From: Octopus sinensis
Lineage: Eukaryota
Length of the DNA stretch: 64,000 nt
Assembly: GCF_006345805.1 (NCBI RefSeq)
Contig: NC_042999.1
Span: 107,694,001-107,758,000 of the forward strand
Direction of reading: 5' to 3'
In this document: positions 1-12,417 of the stretch, in pieces
Numbering within the stretch: the stretch's first letter is position 1
Layout: each line of letters starts with the position of its first letter
Position numbers and translations under genes: made by a program
Notes under the pieces: generated by a model
What the model saw: the letters and a program-made list of their open reading frames with translations, nothing else
What the model was told of the DNA's origin: nothing
Database searches by the model: none

Positions 1-469
1 AATAACCATGTAAAGGCTCTCTCATCGGACTCTTTAGTATGTTGATGAGTTTCATAGGTCATGAAAGCTTAAAATATCTACATTAATGGTAGTGGTGATG
101 GCAGTGAAGATAGCAGGCAGCTGCCATAGCTGCAATGGTGGTGGTGGCAGTGGCAGTAGCAGGGTTCTCAATGGACTTGGTGACAGTAATGGTGACAGGG
201 CTAGCAGTCACAGTAGCAACATAGGTGGTGTAGTGGGGCAATGGTTTTGGTGTTTAGTGTCAAATTGGCATACCAATAATCAACAGTGATCCACTTGGAT
301 TGTCCCATATTTTATTTAAACATAGAGTGTATGAGTATCTAGGATAAGCACAATCCAATGTGTCCTTACATTTTTAAATCAGTCAGTAATTCTAGGAGGA
401 TATGTGACTATATAAAAGCATATTCACTGACTACTAGTTATTTCATTATAACTTGCCAATATATTCCTG

Positions 470-678
470 TTACTAAGACAGTGAGCAGGCAAAATACTTG
501 GTGACATCTCATCTGCTTTTACATTCCAATTTCAAATCACACTAAAGTCAGCTTTGTCTATCATCCTTTCAAAGTCAATAAAATAAATACCAGTAAAGTA
601 CTTGGGTTGATGTAATCAACTTACTTTCCCCCCCCCCCCAGTGAAATTGCTGGTCATATTCCTTAATTTGAAACCAAT
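470..678 (+). mobile_element. Degraded tRNA-derived SINE, family B
   Basis: Matches the body of the clean copy at 8294-8523 (ttcaaat B-box remnant, ctttcatccttt..gtcaataaaataa.taccag, gatgtaatcaact). Confidence 0.6.
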
Positions 679-694
679 TTATTTCTGTTACTAA

Positions 695-775
695 TTTTTT
701 TTTTTATCAAACCCATTTTTTTTTTATTAAACCCTTTCTTTTTTTGTATCAAACCCATTTTTTTTTATCAAAGCC
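695..775. repeat. About 20-nt tandem repeat (Tn-atcaaaccca), 4 copies
   Basis: atcaaaccca / attaaaccct / atcaaaccca / atcaaagcca, separated by T runs. Confidence 0.7.
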
Positions 776-903
776 AAGTCGAACCTACTAGGATTTGATC
801 TAAGAATAAATAGGAATGAAACTAAATACTATATGATGGCATGAAGTTTAGCTTTCTACCATTGCTTTCATTTCCCTATGATCTTACCAGCATAATCCTA
901 ACA

Positions 904-1065
904 GTAGGCACAGGTGTGCTTCCAGGTTCAGTCCCACTGCATACCCACTTCAGTAAGTGTTTTCTACTATAGCCTCAGGCTAACCAAAGCTTGGTGAGGG
1001 AATTTGACAGACGGAAACTAAAAGAAGCCTGTCATGTGTGTGTGTGTGTGTGTGCCTGTGTGTGC

Positions 1066-1108
<43 letters not shown>

Positions 1109-1303
1109 GTGTGTGTGTGTGGTGTGTGTGCATGTGTATGTGTGTTTGTTCCATATCACCACTTGACAGCTGATATTGGTGTTAGTGGGTTGACAAAAGA
1201 TACAAGTACCAAGTACTGCAGTTGATTCATTTGACTAAAAGTACTTCAAGGTGGTGCCCTAGCATGGCCACAGTCTAATTACTGAAACAAGTAAAAGATA
1301 AAA
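904..1303 (+). mobile_element. tRNA-derived SINE, family A (internal CA/TG tract)
   Basis: B-box-like ggttcagtccc, body gtgttttctactatagcctcagg, (TG)n, and tail ggtggtgccctagcatggccacagtctaattactgaaacaagtaaaaga shared with many copies. Confidence 0.85.
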
Positions 1304-1536
1304 GCATATGTGAATATTCCATAAGACTTTGAAAATAACCTAGAATTCCTGATTTTGATTTTGAAAAACTCTTGAGTCAATAAATAAAAAAGAAAAAATT
1401 GTGTTTTAGTTACTTGTAATATCAGTCTGTAATATCAGAACATCAAATTTTGCTTTTGGAAAGAAATTCCAAAATATTCCTTAAAATTTAGCTTATAAGC
1501 AGAATTGTGACACAATTTATGTATTATATTCTTCCA

Positions 1537-2005
1537 TTATTTTACTTGATATAGTCAATGGACTACAGCCATGATCAGACACCACTTTCAAGGGTTTAAT
1601 CAAAAAAATCTCCCAGTACTGGTTCTTATTCCATTAGTTTCTTTTTGCCAGACTGCTAAGTCACAGAGATATCCACAAACAAACAATGGTTGTCAAGCAT
1701 GCATGAGATAAATACAAACAAAAAGACACATGCACACACCTTCATACACACATACATGTGCACTCACACACACATGCTCATATGGACACACACACACATG
1801 CATACACACACATACATATACACATACATACACATACACATACACACATATACATACACACATACATGTGTAACAGGCATACCACAGTTTTCATCTGTCA
1901 AATTTACTCTAAAACATTTACCAGCCTGTGCTATAGTAGAAAACACTTGCCCAAGTTACTGCTCAGTAATTTGAACCCAAAACCATGTGGTTGGGAAGTG
2001 AATGC
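1537..2005 (-). mobile_element. Degraded SINE, family A
   Basis: Reverse-complement tail, (CA)n core, ctatagtagaaaacacttgcccaag and gaacccaaaaccatgtgg head. Confidence 0.75.
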
Positions 2006-3313
2006 AACATATGCTTGTTTAAAATATGCAGTTAGAAAATTCAGAGCTGAGACACTCAATACTACAATTTTTTTTGTTTGTTTGTTTATATTAATACATG
2101 ATACTTAAAAATGTAAATACAAGAAATGTTGAGGTTTCAGAAAATTTGTAGTATACGTTTCCTTCAACTGTGTATGTTTAAAAGCTTCTTCAATCTAGAT
2201 ATCACAGAGAAAGACAAAGTTTATTAGCCTCCACTACCCCACATCATACAAATAACATCAAATCCTTCTACATTTCTTGTTAAATCCTATCTCCCAGTAA
2301 TGGCTTACATTGAAGATCTTCTGCTTTGATTCCCTCCTTGTTTACATTAGCAGTTATTTACTAACATAAATTCATGATGTAAAGCAATAAAAAAAATGTA
2401 GCAGTAACTCTGACGTCTTGTTCTTGAAGAATTTTATTGCCAGATAGATTAGTGAAAGAAATTTTATGGAACAAAATTGTAAATTCCTCACATAGAATCT
2501 ACCCAGTTCTGAAATGTGAACATCATTTTGTTACCCTACTTGTTACAAGAATTTCAAAAATCACATTCTCCATTACCCAATCTTATTGCCTCTTAATACT
2601 TGTGAAGTAGATTTCTTCCCTGTTTTCAAATCTCACTTCATGTATAAACTGTTTTCCAAATCCTTTATTTGTTTATTTTCTTCCCTCTTAATAATTTATT
2701 CTACAATTTTACCTTGGTTCCACTGACATTCAGGAACAATTTGTTACAAATTAATTATCCAAACTTTTATTAAAATTCAGCTATCCATTTCCTTGACCAA
2801 TTTCACATTTGTTCAATTTTTAAATCTTTCTAGTAGCTGGCTTTAATTATTCATAGCTGTTCTACGCATACTGCTTTTAAATATACAGAACCTTGAAGAT
2901 CTACATAAGAGGCACATAAGATATGCTTATAAAATCTTACAAGTTGATGTTTTATTTCCATATAAACAACATTTCTCTCTTATTTCAGATAGCCTTATGG
3001 GATTCCTTCTTGACAAAAACATCAGAGATAATATATACACATATGTTTGCTGATGTCTTGCTACAGATCAACCTTTAATGAATAACATAAAAAGAAAAAA
3101 GTAGTGCATTCTTTGAGGAAGATTTTGTTGCTATTTCTAAAATGTGGAAAGACCACAGAGTTCTTTCAATGGCTCATGAAAAACATAGAAAATTTATTTT
3201 GTGCTAAGTTCTTTCTATATGTGGTGGGATGGGGAGGTCACCTCCTCTAGAAGAGTTAATACCACAAGAAATTTATACAGGTATACAAAACCAGGCACAC
3301 ACACATACGCATG

Positions 3314-3363
<50 letters not shown>

Positions 3364-3408
3364 TACACACACACATTCACACACACATATATATACATAC
3401 ATATATAT

Positions 3409-4770
3409 GGGGCCCCAACTATGCAAACCTGTTCACTGGCTACATTGAGGCCCAAATATTCTCAAGTTTCACTAGTCCCACTCCTGAACTAAACTGCTGT
3501 TATATTGACCACTGTATCAGTGCGACCTCACTCTCCCACGAACATCTTGACTCCTTCCTCTCCTTTATCAAAGCTTTCCATCTTGCCCCCCACTTCTCCT
3601 GCACTATCTCTGACACCTCTGTCTCCTTTCTTGACATTTCCGTTAATATTCATCACTCCACTCTCACCACCTCCATCCACTACAAACACATAGACTCACA
3701 CTCATATCTCAACTTCTCCTCCTCCCACCCCAAACACACCAAGCTTTCCATCACCTATTCCCAATTCTTCCATCTACGTAGGCTCTGTAGTGACAACCAT
3801 GACTTTGAGACTCAGTCTCAACTCATGGCTCACCACTTCATGCTACGTGGATATCCCCTCACCACTATCCACACTGCCCTTGCCAGAGCACATTCCATGA
3901 ACCATGTATCTTCTCTCTCTCCCCACACCCACCCTACCGTCTCCTGTCTCCCGTTTACCCTCACCTACTATTCCACCACCCTACCTCTCCAATGCACAAT
4001 TCTCCGTGCCTTCTGGCGACACCAGTCCGACCCCTCCACTTTGCACATCTTCCCTAACCAACCCCTCCTTTAAATGAGCCCACAACCTACGAGACGTCTT
4101 GGCTCACAAATTCTTCCCTAACCCACCCTCCCAACCCAGCTTGTTCCCCTGCTCCCACCCACACTACTGCACTTGCCCTTACCTCTCCAACACCACCCTC
4201 CTCACCAGCACCCATCATTGGCCCTATCACATCACTGACTCCTTCACCTGCACTTCTACCCATGTCATCTACTACATCTCCTGCTTTTTCTGCCCTTCTT
4301 TATACACCGGGCAAACGGGACAACGCTTCGCTGACCAGTTCACAGAACACCTCTGAGACATCCGACTCGGCAATGACAACCCAGTCTCGCACCATTTCCG
4401 TTCTACCTTTGCAACACCTGTCTGTGTTCGGATTGTCCTTGCACAAGCACCATCCAGACTCCCGTTTGCACCGTGAACAGGGATTAATCTTCTCTCTTCA
4501 CTCCTTTGCACCACATAGGCTCAACTCTCCTCCCCTCTCCTCTCTCCCCCTCATACCTACTTTCTCTCACCCACTTCTCCTCTCTTACTCTGACTCCTAC
4601 TTCTCTTCACTTCTACTCTCCTCTCTTCTCTTCATTCAAGGTCACCAGCCCTCTTCCACACACACATACATACTCTCTTATACACACGCATGTGCACCTT
4701 CATTTTGGGATCACCACTACTTTATCATCTCCCCTTCTTCCTAGCTCTCCTGTGTGACCCCTCTGTCCGG
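3409..4770 (+). mobile_element. 5'-truncated, decayed Penelope-like element (RT plus GIY-YIG)
   Basis: GPNYANLFTGYIE, YIDH (decayed YIDD), SFLDISV and YKHIDSHSYLNFSSSHP..YSQFFHLRRLCS are PLE RT palm and thumb motifs. A Cys-rich linker and VIYYISC..C.SLYTGQTG..F.EHL GIY-YIG follow at about 4140-4520. Contains stops and frameshifts; starts at a (TA)n tract. Confidence 0.9.
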
Positions 4771-5788
4771 CATTCGTCATGTACTAGCTATGTTTTTTCA
4801 TGGTACCAAAAGTGGAGAAATTAAATAAACAGACTTCAGAATCCTAAACTTTCTCTGCTCATTTGCAAACCACTTTACAGTATATTCTGGATGCATTTTG
4901 TGGTACCAGAAAAAGAGAGAAATAGACTTGTTCATCTTTCAGTTTGAGAGGACATGAGTTGTAGGCTTTCTGTTGTGGTACCTGAACAGGGGAGGAGGTA
5001 CTTTGTGTACAAGATCATGTAAGGAAGACTCAAAGAGCTAAGATATTTAAAGTAGGGAGAGGAAAATATGAGGGACAAAATGATGTTAGCAGCAAGGCCA
5101 GAACTGGTTGAGGAGAGGAAATAAGAGTTGTCAAGAGCCTAAGATATATACATTTGCTTAGATAACCAAGGAGAAAATTAGAAGAGAGAATGTTGATGTC
5201 AGGGGGTGCTGGATGGCTGGGTGGAAAGAAGGAATTGTAGTATGACGTACATATCAAGGTTATTAAGGGTGGAATCAGGTAGGGAGTAACTAGCAACAGC
5301 AAAGATGAACAAAGTTAAGGGTGAGTGATGGACAAAACAAAAAAGTAGGTGATAAATGGCAACAGAAGTGACCCTTGTAGGGAGGAAAGAGTAACAGCTG
5401 GTAGTAGAGGAGGACAAAAAAGGTACAGATGATGGACTACAGAGAGAGATTTATGAAGACATGAGGATGGTCCAATGCAAAAGATGAGGGTGGACCAGTG
5501 CAGTCTCCAATACATAGACTTTGTAAAGGGTAAGTGAATCAAACAGATGAGATGGACCAATGCATTCTCTTAAATATAGGCCTATCTTGGCAGAGTATAA
5601 AATACCTCAATCCCTGAGCACCAGCCTCGAGTCAGGATATTTTTTGTTATAGACAGTTAGATCTTCTACAACACCACATGTTTCCACTCAGTACAATCCT
5701 TTGTCATCTCATCCGTGAGACCAGCCTTCACAATTTCGTCCCAAGTCTTCTTTGAGTTCTTCAAACTTGGAGTTCTTGGCACTTCATT

Positions 5789-5935
5789 GAAGGCATGTGG
5801 CCCATTGATTAGTGATGTTTGACTCGTGAACATAACATCGTGGGTTCAATTTCTTATCTGGTTGGTGTGTTGTTTCCTTGAGCAAGGTGCTTCATTTCAC
5901 AGTGCTCCAATCTATTCAACTGAAAATTAGTACCA
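5789..5935 (+). mobile_element. Degraded tRNA-headed SINE, family C
   Basis: gaaggcatgtggc..gggttcaatt..gtgtgttgtttccttgagcaaggtgcttcatttcac; related to the minus-strand copy at 63095-63248. Confidence 0.55.
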
Positions 5936-6089
5936 GCCTAATGCAGGTGCACCTCTCTCTCTCTCCCTCCAGCAGTCACATCCTTGGGACAATGGTGGGA
6001 AAGCTGAGAGGATGCCTATGTCTGCTTGTGATCATACAGGCACCTAAAACTATTAGCAAAAGCATGGTACATTATTTCCAAGCCAAACT

Positions 6090-6530
6090 CATTCAAAACT
6101 ACACTAGTCTTGGCATTTCTTTATGAAGAAGTCTTCCTCTATACACATCACATGCTCATATCAGCCTTCTCTATTGCACACTACCCTAATTCTTCTTATA
6201 CCCAATTTGTTACTCAGCTCATTTGTATTCTGTCTCCTTGTACATGAACATTACACATCACATCACATCAGAGCATACTCGCTTCATTTCCTTCTAGCTT
6301 TCACACATCTCCTGCATTCATGGCTTGCATCTCACTATCAGGCAGCTTAGCAGTTCTAACACAAGTATCATATAATCTGCCTTCCACTCTGAAGCTGAAA
6401 ATCTTTGTTGCCAACAGCAGTAATGGCCCCTAAAACTTTTTCCAATCACTTCTTATCCTGGATATTATACTTCTGAAAAACTGTCTCCTTTGTTGATTTT
6501 GTCACCACAACTTCATATGAACTAACTGAG
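6090..6530 (-). mobile_element. Old RTE LINE ORF fragment
   Basis: Minus strand reads FRVEGRLYDTCVRTAKL.DSE...V*KLEGNEASML, aligning with LRVKGRLYDACVRTAMLHGSE..MRKLVRNEASML of the 44573-46825 ORF. Confidence 0.8.
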
Positions 6531-6880
6531 TTATTTAAGAGAGTATATATCCAGTGTACTTTTAGTGCATATTGTTCCAATGTCTTTGTCACATACAAAG
6601 CTTGCCTTCATTGTTAGCCTTCCTGAGATTCCACTAAACCTCTTATGTGATGATATCTCACACTGGTTACAGTGTAGGTGAACTCTTATAAGCTGTTGAC
6701 TTGGTTTTCATTCTTTGCTTCTTCTACTACTTTCAGTCATTCAACTGTGGTCATATTGTTGCACTGCCTTCAAGTGATTTTAATAAAATATATTGGTATT
6801 TTAGATAATTTGTTTGGTACTTATTTCATCAATCTTGTAAGAAGTGAAATGCAAAGTAGATATTTTTATAACTCTCTCTT

Positions 6881-7287
6881 ATACTCTTTTATTTGTTTCA
6901 GTCATGTGACTGTGGCCATGCTGGAGCACCGCCTTTAGTCAAGCAAATTGACCCAAGGTTTATTCTTTGTAAGCTTAGTATTTATTCTATCAGTCCCTTT
7001 TGCCGAACTGCTAAGTTACAGGGACATAAACACACCACCATCAGTTGTCAAGCGATGTTGGGGGGGGGGGACAAACGCATTCACAAACATATACACATGC
7101 ATACATATATATATATATATACATATATCTGACGGGCTTCTTTCAGTTTCCATCTACCAAATCCACTCACAAGGTTTTGGTCAGTCCGAGGCTATAGTAG
7201 AAGACACTTGCCCAAGGTGCTATGCAGTGGGACTGAACCCGGAAGCATGTGGTTCATAAGCAAGCTACTTACCACACAGCCACTCCT
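6881..7287 (-). mobile_element. Full-length SINE, family A
   Basis: Head ggagtggctgtgtggtaagtagcttg (A-box-like) and ggttcagtccc (B-box-like) on the minus strand; tail ends in (aaagag)n. Confidence 0.9.
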
Positions 7288-7620
7288 ACGAGAACAACCA
7301 CTCCTAAGAGAACATAACTAAGAAATGAAATGGTAGTTATGTTTGAAAGCATCAATTTTGGTTCATTTCACACTGTGTATATAGAAAGGACTTCAACACA
7401 GTTCAGATCTACTGTTTGTCAGTTTCAAGATATTTGAAATCACTTGTTTACATTACCACACAATGAGATTGTACAAGGAACCAGATGGTTATGATGTGAA
7501 CTTGTTGACAACACAATCATGCTTCTCTTCATGAATAATGAAACCAAGAAGAAATACTTGTGTTTGAACACAGCTATGATAAAAACATGGAATTAATGCA
7601 TATTAAATGCTTTGGATGAC

Positions 7621-7874
7621 TGCAGAGTGGAAGACACATGTTAGCCATTCAGAAACACACAAAGACTGTTAACTTCACTTAAACATTTATCATTTGTAAT
7701 ATGGTGTCAAAACTTTTATCACTCAAAACTGCAACCCAGTGTAATGTTGACAGTAACCAGGTTGCAGTTTCAGGCAATAAACATTTTGACACCTACTTCA
7801 AACAATAAATATTTAAATGAAGTTAACAGTTTTTGTATGTTTCTGACTGGCTAACATGTGTCTTCCATGCTGCA
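7621..7874. mobile_element. Foldback or MITE-like imperfect palindrome
   Basis: Arms 7621-7736 and 7760-7874 are reverse complements (e.g. ggaagacacatgttagcca / tggctaacatgtgtcttcc), with a 23-nt spacer. Confidence 0.8.
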
Positions 7875-8239
7875 ATCGTTTTAGTTTCAACACACAGTCT
7901 CAGATCAAATCACATGCCAGGCAAGTATAGTTCCATAAAATGCTATAGAGTTAGCGTACATTAAGTATTTGAATGATTCATATATAATTACTGTTACAAC
8001 TGTATTCCAATTGTCGCATCCCCAAATCATTTGCATGAAGAATCCACAAGTTAAGGATTGCTTCAGCAGGAAGCAATGTATCAAAATATCAAGTTGTCTT
8101 CAGGTTGAATGCTTATAGCAAAGTTAACTCTATTAAAAGCACTGAAGGGTAAAGGGATTTTGTTTGATCTACCAATCTACCAATCAAATACAGGTACTGT
8201 CTGATGAACTTCCATGCAATTTCAACTTTATCTTGGCTT

Positions 8240-8810
8240 TTCTCTTCTACATTCCAGATCCTCTGCTTCAATGGTATCATATATTTCCTGTAGGCGGCGA
8301 GCTGGTAGAAACGTTAGCACGCCGGGCGAAATGTGTAGCCATATTTCATCTGCCGTTACGTTCTGAGTTCAAATTCCGCCGAGGTTGACTTTGCCTTTCA
8401 TCCTTTCGGGGTCGATAAATTAAGTACCAGTTACGCACTGGGGTCGATGTAATCGACTTAATCCCTTTGTCTGTCCTTGTTTGTCCCCTCTATGTTTAGC
8501 CCCTTGTGGGTAATAAAGAAACAGGTATCATATATTTCCTGTAGATTGGTTTTGTTGGTTTGCAACTCCAGTCTGTGTTCCTCTGTAGTTCCTGATAGGT
8601 AAGTTTCAAAAGCCTTTTGCACTTTCTCATGTGTTGCAACAACCCTCAAGCCAGTTGATGATCTTTTACAGTGCTTCTTTGAAGGCTACAGTTGTTCTGC
8701 AGTTTCTTTGTTTGTTGTGATCAATGCTGGTGTATTTCTGTTATTCACTTCAGAGCAATCTTGCATTGCAACAAAGTGGTCTTTTACTGAAGCAAAGAAG
8801 TGTTTAGATG
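8240..8810 (-). pseudogene. Decayed ORF fragment, probably LINE ORF2 linker, interrupted by a SINE
   Basis: Removing the SINE and one TSD copy gives a near-continuous minus frame (..THEKVQKAFETYLSGTTEEHRLELQTNKTNLQEIYDTIEAEDLEC) with one internal TAG. It resembles the helical region between APE and RT of non-LTR elements (from memory, unverified). Confidence 0.4.
8294..8523 (+). mobile_element. Young tRNA-derived SINE, family B, with 21-bp target-site duplication
   Basis: CpG-intact head gcggcgagctggtagaaacgttagc and B-box-like gagttcaaattcc; ggtatcatatatttcctgtag occurs at both 8273-8293 and 8524-8544. Confidence 0.92.
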
Positions 8811-10002
8811 GCTGCTATGCAAAGATGTTATGAATGGCCATGGATGCAAAATGGCAACAAATTATGACCAATGAGCATCTTTATGGAAACAGTCTGAAAG
8901 TGACAAACAAGACCAGAGAACAATATCTCTGCATATCAGATCATTGCAAGCAGCACTAGAAAGAAGAATCATCAAAATTTGTGCTTTGGGAGCCACAATA
9001 TGATACCAGGAATCATGGGAGACATCATCTGATATTTATCAAGAACCTGAAGTAGGTCACAGGATTGGACTCTGTCCACAAATGGAAGTGGGTAAAGATG
9101 AATCAAGACACTAGACAAAATGATTTTATCTTTAAGGAACAACTGGAAGCACAGCAAGGTGGTGCCCCAGCATGACCACATCCCAGTAGCCATGCTGGGG
9201 CACCACCTTGAGCAATTAGTCAAACAAGTCAACCACACTATTTATTTTTTTTAGTCTGATATTTATTCTAACAAGTCTCATTTGCCAAATTGTTAGGGTT
9301 ATGGGGATGTAAACAAACCAACACAAGCACAGGACATACACACACACACACATACATCAACTGCACTTAAGTTGACTGCAAAGATCATTGCAGAAGGTCC
9401 GCAAGTTTTTGATGACAACAACTCTAAATCATGACCCTTGCATAAAATTTATACAGAGAAGTTTACCATGACATGAGCTTTTCCAATAAGCTGTACAAAG
9501 AGATGATGTGTCATAAATGTCAAGCAATTTTGGAAATGTTCTTCTCCACTCAAGTAGCTGTTGAAGATGATGAACTGTAAGATAGAAGATAATGTCCCTC
9601 ATCAATTCAGGAACTCTCATTCTACCGCCATCCTTTACACGGCAGTCAGCATCTTTTATGGTAAGAACATATCTTATTGCAATATTACGATTCTTGTTTA
9701 TTCCCTCATGTATATCTCTTCAAATATTTTTATGGCCTCATATTGTTACTGTGTGTGTTTAGAAATTGTTATTTTTATGCATAAAAGTGGTCACATTGCT
9801 TATTTTGTAGTCGTTGTCAATTTCTTTTTGTTCCCTTTTTTTTAAATATCCTATGGAATGCTATATTGTTTTAAAACATGAATTCAATTTGAAAATTAAT
9901 TTTGTATTTCAGGATTTTGCATTATCGCAAGTTTTTCAGGAACATATTCTGGGAGTAATGCAGGGGATTCCTGTACACATACATTCATGTGTGCACATGC
10001 AC

Positions 10003-10033
<31 letters not shown>

Positions 10034-10164
10034 TGCACACTCAGACACACACATAGAAGAAGAGGGGGAGCAAGGAAGAGAGGGAGATAGTTTTACATAT
10101 ATGATAGAGTGAATTGAAAACTTTGGTTAATAGTGATAATCCTTACAATTAAAAAACAATAACA

Positions 10165-10576
10165 TACTCTTTACACTTTTACTCTTTTACTTGTTTCAGT
10201 CTTTTGACTGCAGCCATGCTAGAGCACCACCTTTAGTCGAGCAAATCGATCCCAAGACTTATTCTTTGTAAGCCTAGTACTTATTCTATTGGTGTCATTT
10301 GCCGAACCACCAAATTACGGGGATGTAAACACACCACCATTGGTTGTCAAGCGATGTTGGGGGACAAACACAGACACACAAACATATACACACACATACA
10401 TACATATATACATATATACGCTGGGCTTCTTTCAGTTTCCATCTACCAAATCCACTCACAAGGCTTTGGTTGGTCCGAGGCTATAGTAGAAGACACTTGC
10501 CCAAGGTGCCATGCAGTGGGACTGAACCCGGAACTTATGTGGTTGGTAAGCAAGCTACTTACCACACAGCTACTCT
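10165..10576 (-). mobile_element. Full-length SINE, family A
   Basis: Near-identical to the copies at 6881-7287 and 14212-14603. Confidence 0.9.
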
Positions 10577-10608
10577 GTGGACGTTTAGAATTGTTTTTGT
10601 TTTTTCAG

Positions 10609-10629
10609 CAGATGGTTTCAAATTTGAAG
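10609..10629 (+). other. Candidate 21-nt (or 18-nt) microexon of an unidentified gene
   Basis: ttgtttttgttttttcag|CAGATGGTTTCAAATTTGAAG|gtgagt: long U-rich tract, tandem NAGNAG acceptor, consensus donor, length divisible by 3. Confidence 0.3.
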
Positions 10630-11129
10630 GTGAGTAAAATTTTACCTGTGAACAAGGGGATTCTATTCCTGATACAAAGACTCCATCATTTGTTCAAGAC
10701 TTTTAAAAGTAATACTGTATTATTTGAACCTAAGGCAGCAAAATCTACCATAGTAGTTTTGAAATGAAATGTGGTTGTAAGGAAGTTAGTGTGAATATAT
10801 ATATGTGATATAGATTTTAGATTTTAAAAAAATCATTAGACTTTTAACAAGATTCAAGTACTTATAGCTAAAACAGATGCCTTGTGATATGGAAAGAGTG
10901 AGAGAATAGACAATGAATGAGAAGAGAATAGAAGACAAGGGTTGTTAAAAATGTAGATAATATTTGAACCAGAGAAAAATTATTGAACAATTCTGAATGA
11001 GACAACCTAGTTAAATCTAAGAGACTATGAAAATAATTAAGGACATAACAATTTTAAGAAAGGGAATTGTAAAATTCTATTCATTTCCTACCAACATTAA
11101 ACAATGGCAATAAAATTGTTAGTGGTGTG

Positions 11130-11430
11130 ATTGTAGAGGAGGTGGTTGTGGTGGGTGATGGTGGTGGTAGTGGTGGTGATGGTGGGGGTACTGTGAAGAT
11201 GCAAGTGTAAAAGAATGGTCGGATAGATGGTTATCGTGGTGGTGGTGGTGGTGGTGGTGGTGATTGTAGTGGTGGTGGTGGTGGTGGTGGTGGTGGTGGT
11301 GGTGGTGGTGGTGGTGGTGGTGGTGGTGTTGGCAGCAATGGCAGCAGTGATAGCAGTGGCAGCAGTAGTGTGTATTTTCTGTGCTTGAGGTAGGCAACAA
11401 TAACTAGTAAAATTACAAGAAGGAACAGAT

Positions 11431-11476
<46 letters not shown>

Positions 11477-11480
11477 AGAT
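11130..11480. repeat. (GGT)n/(GCA)n low-complexity tract plus (GA)n
   Basis: Direct reading. Confidence 0.95.
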
Positions 11481-12195
11481 GAAACAAAAGAGGAGAGAAG
11501 AACAATAATCACATTAACAAAAATATCAACATTGTCAAAACTATTATGACAGTTGTGTTAACAGTCTTATGTGATAAATTACCAATGTATGACGACGGGG
11601 GGGAAACATTTATGACAGAACCTAACCTTATACTCTTAGTTCCTCTCCTATGTTCTCATCATTACCAACAAGCTGGGGAAGCAACAAGAAAGCATCACCT
11701 TTAAAAACAACTAATTTATCTCTTCCTATAGAACCATTGAAAAATAAAATAGATATGACAGGAGGAAGAAGCATTTAATGAACATTAACAATTGATAGCC
11801 TTGCTATAGCTGGTAAGGAATAATAATTTCAATAGAAATTGTATATAGCCAGATAAATTCTGGCCAAGGAAACACACTTCGTCTCCAGTAGAGATTCTTA
11901 AGTAATGACCTACAGAGCTAAACAGTTAAAAACAAGATTCCAGCTGAACTTAGCATCATTTGTTCTTTCATCTTGTTTCAATTAGTTAAAAACTCTAAAT
12001 TCTGAAAGTATCAAAAGTACCATAATGTGACATTTGATAACACACACACATGTATGCATGCATATGTATACATATGTATATATATATATATATATATATA
12101 CATACATACACACATGCACACATGTATATATGTGTGTCTATATATATATATATATAATATATATATATAAGTATAAATATATATATATATATATA

Positions 12196-12288
12196 TGAAT
12201 AAAAAATGGAGTTAACGCTGCCCTGGTAACTATTTATTTATTTATTTTTCCGTGTTAATTGTTAACAAGGTAAAAATACACTCATCTA
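12196..12288. mobile_element. (TA)n-flanked short element, internally deleted sister of 14617-14820
   Basis: Shares tgaataaa.aatggagttaacgc and ccctggtaactatttattt..ccgtgttaattgttaa.aaggtaaaaatacactcatcta with 14617-14820. Confidence 0.7.
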
Positions 12289-12340
<52 letters not shown>

Positions 12341-12417
12341 TATAAATATATATATATATATATCATCATCATCATCATCATCATCACACACACAACTAAC
12401 ATGGTCAGCAACAGTGG

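Noticed and set aside
3201-3408. N-terminal part of the 290-aa ORF as genuine PLE protein
   Set aside because: It is unique flank plus (TA)/(CA) microsatellite that happens to be in frame; PLE similarity starts at about 3409.
5000-5620. Second, inverted Penelope remnant in the purine-rich block
   Set aside because: Only compositional similarity and a vague LIF motif; no RT or GIY-YIG motif is recoverable.
8258-8598. Plus-strand exon (ttccag acceptor, ATAG|gtaagt donor)
   Set aside because: The only open frame reads like the antisense of the more protein-like minus frame, and a SINE sits in the middle.
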